This document shows, one piece after another, positions 40,976-52,487 of a stretch of 54,110 nucleotides of DNA. The translations under genes were made by a program, and so were the position numbers. Within the stretch, counting starts at the first letter, position 1; every line of letters begins with the position of its first letter. A model generated the notes under the pieces. It was given only the letters and a program-made list of their open reading frames with translations. It did not search any database and had not been told where the DNA came from. Origin of the DNA: Microbacteriaceae bacterium. GTDB taxonomy: Bacteria > Actinomycetota > Actinomycetes > Actinomycetales > Microbacteriaceae. The DNA is taken from contig JAIOXB010000001.1 in the NCBI GenBank assembly GCA_021741825.1, positions 1-54,110 on the forward strand. The letters run 5' to 3'.

Positions 40976-40986
40976 AGGACACACAG

Positions 40987-42675
40987 ATGGCTATCATCCC
41001 CGTAGGCGGTTCGGTACCCGGACACGAACCACGAATTGTTCGCGCGGCGCACGGCAACACCATTTCGACCAAGCACTGGTCGACCGAGGCCGCCAAGCGG
41101 ATGTTCATGAACAACCTGGACCCCGACGTTGCCGAGCGCCCCGAAGATCTCGTCGTTTACGGTGGGACGGGTCGCGCGGCACGCAACTGGCTTGCCTTCG
41201 ATGCCATCGTGCACGCCTTGGACGATTTGGAGCCCAACGAGACGCTCCTGGTGCAGTCGGGCAAGCCGGTCGGAATCTTTACCACCCACGAATGGGCACC
41301 TCGAGTTCTAATCGCGAACTCGAACCTCGTCGGTGATTGGGCAAACTGGCCCGAGTTCCGCAAGCTCGAAGCCGAAGGGCTCACGATGTACGGTCAGATG
41401 ACGGCCGGGTCGTGGATCTATATCGGCACGCAGGGAATCCTGCAGGGAACGTATGAGACGTTCGGCGCGGTCGCCCGTGAGAAGTTCAACGGGACCCTCG
41501 CCGGCACGCTGACTCTGACCGGTGGTTGCGGTGGAATGGGCGGCGCACAGCCGCTCGCCGTGACGATGAACGACGGAGTGGTGCTCATCGTGGACGTCGA
41601 CGCGGACCACCTTCAGCGTCGCGTCGACCACGGTTACCTCGACGAGATGACGGACGACATCGATTTCGCCATCGAACGGGTGTTGGATGCGAAAGAGAAG
41701 CGAATTCCGCGCTCGGTGGGCCTGGTCGGAAACGCCGCCACCGTCTTCCCCGAAATGCTCGAGCGCGGCGTCGCGATCGACATCGTGACCGACCAGACGA
41801 GCGCACACGACCCGCTGTCGTATCTGCCCGAGGGCGAGACCGTCGCGGACTGGCTCGGCGACGCGGCAAAGGACCCGGAGGGCTTCACCGACCGTTCACG
41901 CGCCGCCATGGCGAAGCAGGTCAAGGCGATGGTCGAATTCCAGGACAAGGGTGCCGTCGTATTCGATTATGGCAACTCGATTCGTCGCGAGGCCGAACTG
42001 GGCGGATACGAGCGCGCATTCGATTTCCCGGGATTCGTTCCCGCCTATATCCGGCCCCTTTTCGCCGAAGGCAAGGGCCCGTTCCGTTGGGTCGCGCTAT
42101 CGGGCGACCCTGCCGACATCGCCGCAACGGACAAAGCGATTCTCGAGTTGTTCCCCGACGACGAGCACTTGAAGCGCTGGATCACCAAGGCTAGTGAGAA
42201 GGTCCACTTCGAAGGTCTCCCCGCACGCATCTGCTGGCTCGGGTACAAGGAACGCCACCTCGCCGGACTTCGGTTCAACGAGATGGTCAAGAACGGTGAA
42301 GTCAGCGCACCGATTGTCATCGGGCGCGACCACCTCGATTCCGGTTCTGTTGCGTCGCCTTATCGCGAGACCGAAGCGATGCTCGATGGCAGTGACGCCA
42401 TCGCCGACTGGCCGCTGTTGAACGCGTTGTTGAACACTGCCAGCGGCGCGACCTGGGTGTCACTCCACCACGGCGGTGGCGTCGGCATTGGTCGCTCGAT
42501 CCACAGTGGGCAGGTGCTCGTCGTGGACGGCACCGATCTCGCCGCTGAAAAGGTATCGCGCGTATTGGTCAACGATCCGGGTTCAGGCGTCATGCGTCAC
42601 GTCGATGCGGGCTATGAACGGGCCGAAGAAATCGCCCGCGAACGCGGCCTTCGCGTTCCGATGTGGGAGATTTGA
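40987..42675 (+). CDS. hutU: Urocanate hydratase
   Basis: [31 protein letters not shown] and HHGGGVG motifs. Confidence 0.98.
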   Translation: MAIIPVGGSVPGHEPRIVRAAHGNTISTKHWSTEAAKRMFMNNLDPDVAERPEDLVVYGGTGRAARNWLAFDAIVHALDDLEPNETLLVQSGKPVGIFTTHEWAPRVLIANSNLVGDWANWPEFRKLEAEGLTMYGQMTAGSWIYIGTQGILQGTYETFGAVAREKFNGTLAGTLTLTGGCGGMGGAQPLAVTMNDGVVLIVDVDADHLQRRVDHGYLDEMTDDIDFAIERVLDAKEKRIPRSVGLVGNAATVFPEMLERGVAIDIVTDQTSAHDPLSYLPEGETVADWLGDAAKDPEGFTDRSRAAMAKQVKAMVEFQDKGAVVFDYGNSIRREAELGGYERAFDFPGFVPAYIRPLFAEGKGPFRWVALSGDPADIAATDKAILELFPDDEHLKRWITKASEKVHFEGLPARICWLGYKERHLAGLRFNEMVKNGEVSAPIVIGRDHLDSGSVASPYRETEAMLDGSDAIADWPLLNALLNTASGATWVSLHHGGGVGIGRSIHSGQVLVVDGTDLAAEKVSRVLVNDPGSGVMRHVDAGYERAEEIARERGLRVPMWEI

Positions 42676-42688
42676 GTAGCCTGACGTC

Positions 42689-43846
42689 ATGACCACTCTG
42701 CTTCGCAACATCGGCGAACTTGTCACGAACGATCCGCGGTGGGGCGACCGTTTCGGAATACTCCACGACGCCGCACTCGAATGGTCAGAGGGCGTGGTCA
42801 CCTGGGTCGGGTCCGACTCCGACGCCCAGTCTCGCGTAAGCAACGCGACCGAAGTCCTCGACGCAGAGGGACGAGCAGTAATCCCCGGTTTTGTCGACTC
42901 GCACACGCACATCGCATTCGCCGGCGAACGATCGCTCGAGTTCGCGGCACGCATGGCAGGGACCGCCTATAGCGCAGGTGGCATCAACACGACGGACGCG
43001 GCAACTCGAGCCGCGACCGACGATGAATTGCGTGAACTCATTGGGGGGCGCATCAGCGAGATGCGAGCCCAAGGAACGACGACCGTCGAGGTCAAGACCG
43101 GATACGGACTCACCATCGAGCACGAAGTACGTCTCGCTCGGATTGCCCGTGAGTTCACCGACCACGTAACATTCCTCGGCGCACATGTCGTCCCGGAGGA
43201 ATATGTCGGTCGAACCGACGACTATGTCGATCTCGTCTGCGGTGAGATGCTCGATGCCGTCGATTCTTTTGTCACCGCGATCGATGTCTTTTGCGAGGAC
43301 GGCGCCTTTTCCGTTGACCAGTCCCGGCGAATCCTCGAAGCAGGTGTAAAGCGCGGATTGAGGACACACATACACGCGGCTCAACTCGGGTCCTCCACTT
43401 CTGTGCAAATGGCTGTTGAATCCGGGGTCGCGAGCATCGACCACGGAACGTTCGTGACCGATGTCGATGTGCACGCTTTGTGTAAGTCGGGGGCAGTGCT
43501 GACACTGTTGCCGGGGTCCGACTTTTCGACGCGCCAGCCCTATCCCGACGCTCGCCGATTCATTGACGCAGGAGTCACCGTCGCGTTGGCCACGAACTGC
43601 AACCCCGGCTCGTCGTACACAACATCGATGGCGTTCTGTATCGCGATTGCGGTGCGCGAGATGGGGATGACCCCCTCCGAAGCTCTGTGGTCCGCGACCA
43701 AAGGTGGATCGATTTCTCTCGGGTCGCCTCTCCTCGGAAACTTTGAGGTCGGTTCGCTCGCGCACATCGTCGAACTCGACGCCCCGAACCACATTCACCT
43801 CGCGTATCGCCCCGGCGTTAACCTGGTTCGCACAGTCTGGGGCTAG
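42689..43846 (+). CDS. hutI: Imidazolonepropionase
   Basis: PGFVDSHTH, EVKTGYG, DVFCE and NPGSS motifs. Confidence 0.95.
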   Translation: MTTLLRNIGELVTNDPRWGDRFGILHDAALEWSEGVVTWVGSDSDAQSRVSNATEVLDAEGRAVIPGFVDSHTHIAFAGERSLEFAARMAGTAYSAGGINTTDAATRAATDDELRELIGGRISEMRAQGTTTVEVKTGYGLTIEHEVRLARIAREFTDHVTFLGAHVVPEEYVGRTDDYVDLVCGEMLDAVDSFVTAIDVFCEDGAFSVDQSRRILEAGVKRGLRTHIHAAQLGSSTSVQMAVESGVASIDHGTFVTDVDVHALCKSGAVLTLLPGSDFSTRQPYPDARRFIDAGVTVALATNCNPGSSYTTSMAFCIAIAVREMGMTPSEALWSATKGGSISLGSPLLGNFEVGSLAHIVELDAPNHIHLAYRPGVNLVRTVWG

Positions 43847-44736
43847 CGCTCAGCCAGTCCCGCAAGCGCTTCGAGAACACACAACGCGGTGAGGCGCACG
43901 GTTCGGCCGTCCTCGGCATCTACACCGGCATCGACTTCGGCGAGATCGATTGTCGAGACGCGGTCATCGCGGGCGAACCCGCGGGCGAATTGCCGCATCT
44001 CGTAAGCACTGAGTCCGCCGGGGATTGATGCCGGGCAGGCCGGCGCCACCGATCGGTCGCAGGCGTCAATGTCGAGGTCGACGTGAATCGGTCCACCGTC
44101 AGCACCCGCGATGGCGAGGGCTTCGTGAACAACGGCGTCGACACCTCTGCGGGCAACGTCATCCCGCGTGATAACAGTGACGCCCCAATCGCGAACGCGG
44201 CGAAGGTACTCGTTCGAGTTAGCGAAATCAGCAATCGCAATCTGAACAACCCGCGCGGGGTCGACTCCGAAATCTTCGATGAGGCGGCGGACGGGCGAGC
44301 CGTTGCTCACACCGTCGCGAACATCAAGGTGCGCGTCGACCGTGATGAGCCCGGCCGTCGCGATCTGGTCTCCCCACGCCGCGACCGCCACGGGGACCGT
44401 GAGCGCGTTGTCTCCGCCGATAGCGACTAACAGGCGTGTGCGGGAAACCGCCTCGGCAATCACGCGAATCGCGCCGGCTTCGTCACCGTCGGGGTCAACG
44501 ACGTCACCGAAATCGTTTCGTGCAAGCGCGGCCGAGGTGAGGATGTCGGAGCCCGATTGAAACGCTTCGGAATAACGCGGAAGTACTTCGCGAACCGCGT
44601 CCGGTGTCAGGTTTGTCGAACCGGGCGTGATCGACGTCGAAAAGGTCGGTACGCCGATGACTCCGAAATCTACGTCACCATCAGGCGCACTCCAATTGCC
44701 GGCCCGGGGCCAAAGAGGATCGTGTGACAGTGCCAT
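43843..44736 (-). CDS. hutG: Formimidoylglutamase (arginase family)
   Basis: GGDN, DAHLD, DLDIDACD and PGG motifs; hut context. Start re-called to ATG 44736. Confidence 0.8.
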   Translation of the reverse strand: MALSHDPLWPRAGNWSAPDGDVDFGVIGVPTFSTSITPGSTNLTPDAVREVLPRYSEAFQSGSDILTSAALARNDFGDVVDPDGDEAGAIRVIAEAVSRTRLLVAIGGDNALTVPVAVAAWGDQIATAGLITVDAHLDVRDGVSNGSPVRRLIEDFGVDPARVVQIAIADFANSNEYLRRVRDWGVTVITRDDVARRGVDAVVHEALAIAGADGGPIHVDLDIDACDRSVAPACPASIPGGLSAYEMRQFARGFARDDRVSTIDLAEVDAGVDAEDGRTVRLTALCVLEALAGLAER

Positions 44737-44762
44737 GTGGTTGCCCGTTAACGTTGGAGCAC

Positions 44763-45716
44763 CTAGCAGCGCGCCTCTGGCCGGGGTGCGCACATCGACT
44801 CAAAGTAGACTTTGACCGCGGTCGGCTCGAAAAAGTCTGCAAGACCCATGATGCCGTTCGGACCAAAATCAACGCCATGAAGATTAACGAGTGGTGCCGA
44901 TTGCGGGTACCACGTCGCCGGCGTCACCGAACTGCCGTACACAGATGAGTCATAAATGGCGACGCCAGTTGACCAATAAGCGACTGCTACTTTCCCGTCG
45001 GGCGTGAGCGCAATGTCAGTTGAAGTAAGCGTTGCCAGTGCCGAATCGATGAGTATCGTCTTCGTCGGCTCCGAGACTCCCGATGCGCTGGGGCTGTAAA
45101 CCTCGATCGGGGTGTTATTACTATCGCCCTGCATCACGAAAACCGTGCCGTCTGCTAGCGCAACCAACTTGCTGAAATACCGGAACTCGCCTTTTATCGT
45201 GCGAACCGGACGTTCATTTCTGCGAAGCGGCAAGACGAATTCATCAATTCGATTGCGGTGGAGAACGAAAAGGCTGCCGTCCGCGTTGGGAAACGCATCA
45301 AGGGGAATTGATCGCCCACGGAGTTCTACTCGGCGCTCCTTCCGAACCGTGCCCGAATCGGTAACTCGCCATGTAACGATTTCCTTCTTACGTGAATTGG
45401 TGGCAAAAGCTCTACCGTCCGGCCCAAACCTTAGCGTGTTGACGATCAATTTCTTAGCCCTGACCGTCTGGACGCGCGCCCAGCCTCCCGACACTTTTTC
45501 ATAAATTGCGAGGCGGGGTCCAATTGTTTCATTGCTACCAGTGTTCCAAATCCAGGCACGGCCAAGAGCGTCAAAACGCATTGATTGCGACAATTGGTTG
45601 TCGAACGTAATCTCGCTCGACGGCGAAATACTTTCCGTCGCGGCAGTGGCAGGAGTCAAGGGCACGAGTAACGCACTAATCAAGGCAGCGACAAGTGCTT
45701 TAGATATTCTTCTCAT
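44763..45716 (-). CDS. Secreted protein, probable six-bladed beta-propeller
   Basis: Signal peptide MRRISKALVAALISALLVPLTPATAA, six xx(P/A)DGxx-type repeats, lower GC than its flanks. Confidence 0.65.
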   Translation of the reverse strand: MRRISKALVAALISALLVPLTPATAATESISPSSEITFDNQLSQSMRFDALGRAWIWNTGSNETIGPRLAIYEKVSGGWARVQTVRAKKLIVNTLRFGPDGRAFATNSRKKEIVTWRVTDSGTVRKERRVELRGRSIPLDAFPNADGSLFVLHRNRIDEFVLPLRRNERPVRTIKGEFRYFSKLVALADGTVFVMQGDSNNTPIEVYSPSASGVSEPTKTILIDSALATLTSTDIALTPDGKVAVAYWSTGVAIYDSSVYGSSVTPATWYPQSAPLVNLHGVDFGPNGIMGLADFFEPTAVKVYFESMCAPRPEARC

Positions 45717-45752
45717 GGGGCAAGGATAATCTACGCAGCCGCTCAGTGGGAG

Positions 45753-46922
45753 TTAGCGGAAGGCGTCTTCACCAGTCAAGGCGCGGCCGACCACGAGTGC
45801 ATGGACCTCATCGGTGCCCTCGTAGGTGCGGACCGATTCCAGGTTCATCATGTGGCGCATGATCGGGTAGTCGGCCGTGACACCGTTTCCGCCGAGGATT
45901 GAACGAACCGTCGCGACGATTCCAACAGCCTCGCGCACGTTGTTGAGCTTGCCGACTGAAATCTGGTCGTGAGTAATCGTGCCCGCATCCTTGAGTTTGC
46001 CGATGTGGTGCGAGAGCAGGACACCTTTTTCAAATTCGAGGAAGCAATCGGCGAGCTTGGTCTGCGTGATTTGCGTCGCAGCGAGGGGCTTGCCGAAAAG
46101 GATGCGCTCTTTCGAGAACTTCACCGCGACGTCGATGGACGCGCGGGCGGCACCCATGACACCCCAGATGATTCCGTAACGTGCCTCGTTGAGACAAGAG
46201 AACGGTGCGCCGAGCCCCTTGGCATTCGGAAGGCGCAATGCCTCGGGGATGCGAACGTCCTTGAGGTCGATGTCGCACTGAATCGATGCACGCATCGACA
46301 ACTTGTTGGAAATCGGCGTGGCCGTGTATCCGGGCGTGTTGGTCGGAACAATGAAGCCCCGGACGCCGTCTTCGGTGTCGGCCCAGATGATGGCGTAGTC
46401 AGCGATGCTCGCAATGCCGATCCAACGCTTGGCACCGTTGATGACCCAGTGGTCGCCGTCCTTGACGGCCTTCGTGAGCATGTTCGATGGGTCAGATCCA
46501 CCGTGGGGTTCCGAAAGACCAAAGCAACCGGCCATTTCGCCGCGGGCGGATGCGGGCAGGTATTCCTGCTTTTGTTCTTCGGACCCGAACTTCGAAATAG
46601 CCGCCATCGCGAGCGAACTGAGAACCGAGATGTGAGTGCGCCACGAGGTGTCGACCGCTTCGAGTTCGTAACACACGAGACCATAGGAGACGGAGCTAGC
46701 ACCGGCACACCCGTAGCCCTCGATGTGCATTCCGAGCATCCCGAGTTCGCCCATTTCACCAATCAACTCGGTGCGAAGGCGCTGAATTTCGAAGTCTTCG
46801 TCGATCTTCGGCTGAATGCGCTCGAGTGAGAATTTCCGCGCCTTATCGCGCCAGGAGAGTTCCTCTGCGGTGAAGAGTGCATCGAACCCCATCACGGATT
46901 CTGCGGTGGAGAAATTCGACAT
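45753..46922 (-). CDS. Acyl-CoA dehydrogenase, glutaryl-CoA dehydrogenase-like
   Basis: CFGLSEPHGGSDP, NGAKRWI and TYEGTDEVH motifs. Start re-called to ATG 46922 with SD GGAG. Confidence 0.88.
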   Translation of the reverse strand: MSNFSTAESVMGFDALFTAEELSWRDKARKFSLERIQPKIDEDFEIQRLRTELIGEMGELGMLGMHIEGYGCAGASSVSYGLVCYELEAVDTSWRTHISVLSSLAMAAISKFGSEEQKQEYLPASARGEMAGCFGLSEPHGGSDPSNMLTKAVKDGDHWVINGAKRWIGIASIADYAIIWADTEDGVRGFIVPTNTPGYTATPISNKLSMRASIQCDIDLKDVRIPEALRLPNAKGLGAPFSCLNEARYGIIWGVMGAARASIDVAVKFSKERILFGKPLAATQITQTKLADCFLEFEKGVLLSHHIGKLKDAGTITHDQISVGKLNNVREAVGIVATVRSILGGNGVTADYPIMRHMMNLESVRTYEGTDEVHALVVGRALTGEDAFR

Positions 46923-46984
46923 CCTGGCTCCTTCGCGCCTCTCTAATACATTCAATACTAGTGTTTTTTGCGAAGTGATGAGAG

Positions 46985-47057
46985 TGGACCTGAGGGGATT
47001 CGAACCCCTGACCCCCTGCATGCCATGCAGGTGCGCTACCAGCTGCGCCACAGGCCC
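46985..47057 (-). tRNA. tRNA-Ala(GGC)
   Basis: GGGCCTG/CAGGTCC acceptor stem with G3:U70, anticodon arm CCTGC-ATGGCAT-GCAGG, T loop GGTTCGAATCC. CCA is not encoded. Confidence 0.97.
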
Positions 47058-47098
47058 TTTCGGGCAACCTGTTCAGATTAGCCTACGGGCGAGTTTTC

Positions 47099-47485
47099 TC
47101 ACAAATCGCCGGCGAGTGTTTCCTGCTCAGGCAGAACAATGGGAATCACGGGGCAGTCGTGCCAGAGTCGCTCGAGGCCATAAAACATGCGCTCCTCCTC
47201 GTGGAAGACGTGCGCGACGACGTCACCGAAATCGAGCAGGATCCAACGGCCGAGGTCACGGCCTTCTCGTCGAAGCGTCTTGTTACCGTTCGCCAACATC
47301 TGGTCTTCGATTTCGTCGGCGATTGCTTGGACATTTCGCTCATTGCGCCCAGTGATCATGACAAACGCATCGACTATTCCGATGGGCCCGCTCACATCGA
47401 GAGCGACAATGTCCTCGCCTTGTTTGGCGTCCGCCGCGGAGGCGACGATGGCGACGTGGTCGATGGCATTTACGGTTGCGGGCAC
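47099..47485 (-). CDS. rsfS: Ribosome silencing factor
   Basis: NERNVQAIADEI and WILLDFGDVVAHVF motifs. Confidence 0.95.
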   Translation of the reverse strand: MPATVNAIDHVAIVASAADAKQGEDIVALDVSGPIGIVDAFVMITGRNERNVQAIADEIEDQMLANGNKTLRREGRDLGRWILLDFGDVVAHVFHEEERMFYGLERLWHDCPVIPIVLPEQETLAGDL

Positions 47486-47494
47486 TGTGTTCCT

Positions 47495-48079
47495 TTAGAT
47501 GAGGTCTGTGAAAAAAGCGAGCCACACGAGTACCGCAACGGCTAATCCGAGGAAGGTGGCGAATCCCGCCGTGATTCCTTGTCCGGTAGACGAAATCTTG
47601 CGACTTTCGGTGATGGGTGAGGCTCGACCGATGATCGAGAGAGCCTCGGTCGCACGCCGCGGGATTCCGAGTGATTCGAGCTGCGGACTGGCATCAATGG
47701 CGACGGGAGCGGACATCTTGCTGGGCACGCCGGCGACGACAATCGGGCCGGTGAGGATGATTTCACCGGTGTTGTCGATGGGTCCAGAGATTTCGCCGGT
47801 CGGAAACTGTTCGACGTGGAGCGTCGTGACAGCCGCATTGGGTTGCCCCACGGGGGACGATGGGGTAATCCACTCGCTCCCAAAATCGTCATAGCCGTAG
47901 TCGTGCGGAAGTCCGCTGGATGGTTGCCGCCGAGACCGTCGCGATGGCAGTTCTTCTGCTGGTCGGACTGGAACAATCGTGGACGGCGCGGCCAACAAAC
48001 CATCTGCCGGACCTTCCGCCACTGCACGAGCCTCGCGCTGCGCGCGTCGGCTAGGCAGTGCAGTGAAGTTGTCCGTCAT
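47495..48079 (-). CDS. Hypothetical protein, disordered N-terminus and C-terminal TM anchor
   Basis: ATG 48079 overlaps the nadD stop. TGEIILTG motif and hydrophobic C-terminus. Confidence 0.7.
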   Translation of the reverse strand: MTDNFTALPSRRAQREARAVAEGPADGLLAAPSTIVPVRPAEELPSRRSRRQPSSGLPHDYGYDDFGSEWITPSSPVGQPNAAVTTLHVEQFPTGEISGPIDNTGEIILTGPIVVAGVPSKMSAPVAIDASPQLESLGIPRRATEALSIIGRASPITESRKISSTGQGITAGFATFLGLAVAVLVWLAFFTDLI

Positions 48080-48675
48080 GTCTGACCACGATACAACGCA
48101 TGCTTTGCAATGTACTGAACGACGCCGTCGGGCACGAGGTACCACACGGGCGCCCCAGCGCGGACTCGCGTGCGACAATCGGTCGACGAGATGGCAAGCG
48201 CGGGAATCTCGAGTTGGCTCACTTTCTCGACGGGTAGTCCGGAAACGGACAGCGTGTGCCCGGGGCGAGTGACCGCGACGAAGTTCGCAAGCCCCCAGGC
48301 GTCGTCGATGTCTTTCCATTCGAGAATCTGCTCGATGGCGTCGGCCCCCGAGATGAAGTACAGGTCGGAATCCGGATAGTCGTGTCGCAGGTCTCTCAAC
48401 GTGTCAATCGTGTACGTCGGTCCTTCGCGATCGATATCGACTCGTGAAACGGTGAAGCGAGGGTTCGCCGCCGTCGCAATCACCGCCATCAGGTATCGAT
48501 GCTCCCCCACTGTCACGTTCTTTTTGTGGGACTGCTCTCCGGTGGGAACGAAAACGACCTCGTCCAGGTCGAAGTGAGTTGCCACTTCACTCGCGGCAAC
48601 AAGGTGCCCGTTGTGAATGGGGTCGAACGTCCCACCCATGACGCCGATTCGTCGGCGGGTGCGTTCGACGGACAC
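48076..48675 (-). CDS. nadD: Nicotinate-nucleotide adenylyltransferase
   Basis: [17 protein letters not shown] and ISST motifs. Start re-called to GTG 48675. Confidence 0.96.
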   Translation of the reverse strand: MSVERTRRRIGVMGGTFDPIHNGHLVAASEVATHFDLDEVVFVPTGEQSHKKNVTVGEHRYLMAVIATAANPRFTVSRVDIDREGPTYTIDTLRDLRHDYPDSDLYFISGADAIEQILEWKDIDDAWGLANFVAVTRPGHTLSVSGLPVEKVSQLEIPALAISSTDCRTRVRAGAPVWYLVPDGVVQYIAKHALYRGQT

Positions 48676-48682
48676 GTGAGAC

Positions 48683-48856
48683 CTAGTGGTGTGAGGATTC
48701 GCTCGAGCCGCGACGCGGGTTACGGTGCGCAACGTCGCGGTTCGCGAGAACAACGACCGCAAGAGCGATGAACCCAAGGGCAAAGATGCCGGCCCAGACG
48801 ATGGCCGGAAAGACGAGCGGCGCAAGTTCTTCCGTGGCGCGGATGACGATGTTCAC
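48683..48856 (-). CDS. Small single-TM hypothetical protein
   Basis: SD GAGGGAG before GTG 48856; one hydrophobic helix; fills the proA-nadD gap. Confidence 0.6.
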   Translation of the reverse strand: MNIVIRATEELAPLVFPAIVWAGIFALGFIALAVVVLANRDVAHRNPRRGSSESSHH

Positions 48857-48889
48857 GTTGTTCTCCCTCAAAAAGCTGTTATGACAAGA

Positions 48890-50140
48890 TTACTCGCGCC
48901 ACTGCCCATTTCCGCGCACAATCCACTTCGTGCTCGTCAATTCGCTCAGCCCCATCGGTCCGCGGGCATGGAGTTTCTGAGTCGAGATTCCTACTTCGGC
49001 GCCAAAGCCGAATTCGCCCCCGTCCGTGAACCGCGTCGAGGCGTTGACCATCACAACCGCAGAGTCGACCTCGGCCAAGAACTTTTCCGCATTCGCCATG
49101 TCATTCGTAATGATCGCGTCCGTGTGATGAGTCGAATGCAGACCGATGTGTTCAATGGCGTCCTCAAGAGAATCGACGACCTTCACCGCGAGGTCGAGCG
49201 ACAGATATTCGTGTCCCCAGTCGTCGGCGGTCGCCACGTCGGCGCGAGGGAAAATCTCACGCGTCGCTTCATCGGCGTGGATCGTGACCCCCGACTCGAC
49301 CATTCGTTCGAGGATTGCAGGAATGAGCCGTACCGCCGCATCCCGATGGACGAGCAGAGTTTCGAGGGCGTTGCACACGCCGACCCGCTGTGTTTTGGCG
49401 TTGTGAACGATGTCACTCGCCATGTCGAGTTCTGCACTGGCATCAAGGAAAATGTGGACAACGCCGGAGCCAGTTTCGATCACGGGAACACTCGAATCGT
49501 TGACAACAGCGCTAATCAGCGAGGCACTGCCGCGCGGAACGAGAACGTCAACGAACCCTCGCGCGTTCATCAGCCGGTTCGCGCCGTCTCGACCAAACGG
49601 ATCGATTGTCTGAACCGCTGTTCGCGGCAAACCGCAGTTCTCGAGCGCAGTGCCGATTACATCAACCAGGACCGTGTTCGTGTTTTCCGCGGCGCTTCCA
49701 CCTCGCAGGATTGCGACATTGCCACTCTTGAGCAAAATGGCGGCAAGATCGACCGTCACGTTCGGCCGCGCCTCATAAATCGCACCAACCACACCGAACG
49801 GAACGCGAACCTGAGTGAGCTGCAGACCGTTCGGCAGCGTGCTCCCGCGCAGTACGTCACCGATGGGGTCCGGCAGCGCCGCGATGTCACGCACCGCGAG
49901 CGCGAGCCCCGTGACGCGCGCGGGCGAAAGAGCCAGGCGGTCGAGCAGCCCCTCGGCCATCCCGTCGCCTCGGGAAAGATTGAGGTCGTGGGCGTTCGCG
50001 GTCACGATACGATCAGAGTTATCTTCGAGCGCGGTCGCGATGGCCAACAGCGCCTGATTCTTAACCGTCGTCGGGGTTTGCGCAAGAACGACGGATGCTG
50101 CACGAGCATCATCGAGGATTTGCTGGAACGCGTCGGTCAT
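48890..50140 (-). CDS. proA: Gamma-glutamyl phosphate reductase
   Basis: YEARPNVT, CNALET, NASTRFTDG and ISTQKLHARGPMGL motifs. Confidence 0.97.
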   Translation of the reverse strand: MTDAFQQILDDARAASVVLAQTPTTVKNQALLAIATALEDNSDRIVTANAHDLNLSRGDGMAEGLLDRLALSPARVTGLALAVRDIAALPDPIGDVLRGSTLPNGLQLTQVRVPFGVVGAIYEARPNVTVDLAAILLKSGNVAILRGGSAAENTNTVLVDVIGTALENCGLPRTAVQTIDPFGRDGANRLMNARGFVDVLVPRGSASLISAVVNDSSVPVIETGSGVVHIFLDASAELDMASDIVHNAKTQRVGVCNALETLLVHRDAAVRLIPAILERMVESGVTIHADEATREIFPRADVATADDWGHEYLSLDLAVKVVDSLEDAIEHIGLHSTHHTDAIITNDMANAEKFLAEVDSAVVMVNASTRFTDGGEFGFGAEVGISTQKLHARGPMGLSELTSTKWIVRGNGQWRE

Positions 50141-50164
50141 GGTTGACAGTTTAGGTTCCCGACA

Positions 50165-50950
50165 CTATCGAGACGAAGCCTCAAACCATGTGCCGACCGA
50201 ATCACCCGACAGGGCCGGCCCGATGTTGGCCGCAGAGGTGAGTATCACCGGGATACCCGCACTGGTGGCGTGCATTGCCGCCGCGATTTTGGTTTCTGCT
50301 CCACCCGTACCGACACCCGCGGAACCGATTGATCCGATTTCGATTCCGGACAGGTCGTCTCCGTGGGTGACGAACTCGATTTTTTCCGCTCCGGGCTCTC
50401 CTGGCGGGCGCGAATACAGCGCGTCCACATCACTCAGCAACACCAACAGGTCAGCACTGACGAGTTCAGCAACCAGGGCGGCGAGCCGGTCGTTATCGCC
50501 GAACCTGATTTCGTGGGTCGCAACGGTGTCGTTCTCGTTAACGATCGGGAGGAACGTGAGTTCCAAGAGTTTGTCGATTGCGGCCTTTGCGTTCTCGCGC
50601 GTTGCGTCGGATTCAAGGTCGCCCGAGGTCAGCAACACCTGTGCCGCAACGATCCCAAAACGGTTGAGACTGTCCTGATAACGAACCATGAGCATCGTCT
50701 GACCGACCGCTGCGGCCGCCTGTTCCGTGACGAGGTCGTTCGCGGGGCGGGCGGTTAGTCCGAAGTGCGGAAGGGCCGTAGCAATCGCACCACTCGACAC
50801 GAGCACGACGTCGACGTTTCGCGAGTGAGCGTCGGCCAGTGCATCGACGATTGTTGCCAATTGGTGAACGTTGTCACCGCTAATCGACGATGACCCGACC
50901 TTTACGACGATTCGCGTCGCCGCGGTCACCTCACTCCGCTTTTCCACCAT
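50165..50950 (-). CDS. proB: Glutamate 5-kinase, short form without PUA domain
   Basis: [19 protein letters not shown] and FGDNDRLAA motifs. Start re-called to ATG 50950; 261 aa. Confidence 0.94.
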   Translation of the reverse strand: MVEKRSEVTAATRIVVKVGSSSISGDNVHQLATIVDALADAHSRNVDVVLVSSGAIATALPHFGLTARPANDLVTEQAAAAVGQTMLMVRYQDSLNRFGIVAAQVLLTSGDLESDATRENAKAAIDKLLELTFLPIVNENDTVATHEIRFGDNDRLAALVAELVSADLLVLLSDVDALYSRPPGEPGAEKIEFVTHGDDLSGIEIGSIGSAGVGTGGAETKIAAAMHATSAGIPVILTSAANIGPALSGDSVGTWFEASSR

Positions 50951-52454
50951 CGCCCTCTTCTGTCCAAATCCCTGCTTCACGTTCTCGTTCCAACTCGGCT
51001 CGGGCGGCGGCTTTGGCGTCCATCCGTTCCTTGTACGACTTTCGTCGGTCGGACGTCGTGGCCCGATCGCTCTCGTGCAGTCGAGCGTCAGTTCCACGCG
51101 GGCTGACCATCATCTCGGCGGCACTCGTCATCGTCGGTTCCCAATCAAACACAAAACGGTCGCCGTCGCCAATATAAACGGTAGCCCCCGGAACCGCGCC
51201 GGCCTTGTAGAGGTGGTCGTCGAGGTCGATCTTGGCGAGACGGTCGCTGAGATACCCCACGGCTTCCTCGTTGTTAAAGTCAGTCTGTTGGACCCAGCGC
51301 TCAGGCTTTGGTCCGCGAACCCGATAGGTCACGTCGTCGCCTCGGTGCTCGACGAGGACGGTGAGTTGCTTCTCGTCAACCGCGCGTGGGCGGATGATGA
51401 TCCGCTGGCGCGATTCTTCCGCCGCGAGTCGCTCGGCACGATCGGCTCCGACCATCTGGCCGATTCGAAGCGTGAGGTCACGCAGACCCGCGCGCGTTGC
51501 GGCCGACACGGCAAACACCTCGTATCCGAGAGCTTCGAAATCAGCACGGACAAGCTCGGCGAGGTCGGCCGCTTCGGGAACATCAATCTTGTTGAGGACA
51601 ATGAGTTGTGGGCGTTCAATCAGCGAAACCGAACCGTCGGGAACCGGGTAGGCCGCAAGTTCCGCGCGAATTATGTCGAAGTCACTCATCGGATCGCGCG
51701 CCGGCTCGAGGGTCGCGCAGTCAATCACGTGAATGAGGACGCGGCAGCGTTCGACGTGGCGAAGAAAGTCGAGCCCTAGTCCCTTACCCTCGGACGCACC
51801 CGCGATGAGCCCCGGGACATCCGCGATTGTGTAACGGTACTGTTCGACGTCGACGACCCCGAGATTCGGGTGCAGTGTCGTGAAGGGGTAATCTGCGATT
51901 TTCGGTTTGGCTGCAGACACCGAGGCGATCAGCGAGGACTTTCCCGCGGACGGGTAACCGACCAGGGCGACGTCGGCAACGGTCTTGAGTTCGAGAACGA
52001 TGTCGCCGTCCCACCCGAGTGTGCCGAGAAGTGCGAAACCGGGAGCCTTGCGTTTGAGCGATGCGAGTGCCGAATTCCCGAGACCGCCCTGACCGCCAGG
52101 CGCAACGACGTATTCCATGTTCGGTTTGTCGAGGTCAATGAGCACCTCGCCGTCGACGTCCTTGATGACCGTTCCGACGGGGACGGGCAGCGTCAACGAT
52201 TCGCCCTTGTGTCCGCTGCGGTGGTCACCCATGCCGAAGCCACCGTTTTCGCTCGAGCGGTGTGGTCGATAGTGGAAGTCGAGGAGGGTCGTCACCTGGG
52301 GATCGGACACGAGAATGATGTCTCCGCCGTTTCCGCCGTTTCCGCCGTCGGGACCGGCGAGGGGCTTGAACTTTTCGCGCTTGACCGAGACGCAACCGTT
52401 GCCGCCGTGCCCAGCTTTGAGGTGCACGGTCACTTCATCGATGAACGAGACCAT
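50931..52454 (-). CDS. obgE: GTPase ObgE/CgtA
   Basis: Gly-rich Obg fold, [18 protein letters not shown] and NKID motifs. Confidence 0.97.
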   Translation of the reverse strand: MVSFIDEVTVHLKAGHGGNGCVSVKREKFKPLAGPDGGNGGNGGDIILVSDPQVTTLLDFHYRPHRSSENGGFGMGDHRSGHKGESLTLPVPVGTVIKDVDGEVLIDLDKPNMEYVVAPGGQGGLGNSALASLKRKAPGFALLGTLGWDGDIVLELKTVADVALVGYPSAGKSSLIASVSAAKPKIADYPFTTLHPNLGVVDVEQYRYTIADVPGLIAGASEGKGLGLDFLRHVERCRVLIHVIDCATLEPARDPMSDFDIIRAELAAYPVPDGSVSLIERPQLIVLNKIDVPEAADLAELVRADFEALGYEVFAVSAATRAGLRDLTLRIGQMVGADRAERLAAEESRQRIIIRPRAVDEKQLTVLVEHRGDDVTYRVRGPKPERWVQQTDFNNEEAVGYLSDRLAKIDLDDHLYKAGAVPGATVYIGDGDRFVFDWEPTMTSAAEMMVSPRGTDARLHESDRATTSDRRKSYKERMDAKAAARAELEREREAGIWTEEGDGGKAE

Positions 52455-52487
52455 GTGTCACCTCCTTCTACTGCGAAAATACGACAA

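Noticed and set aside
46940-46965. AATAC direct repeat upstream of the acyl-CoA dehydrogenase as an operator
   Set aside because: It is too short to distinguish from ordinary AT-rich promoter sequence, and no cognate regulator is adjacent.
44763-46985. Possible tRNA-Ala-anchored integrative element
   Set aside because: I found no integrase and no duplicated tRNA 3' end (att site) by eye.
46923-47067. N-terminal extension of the acyl-CoA dehydrogenase and small ORFs here
   Set aside because: They run through tRNA-Ala. An SD-supported start exists at 46922.
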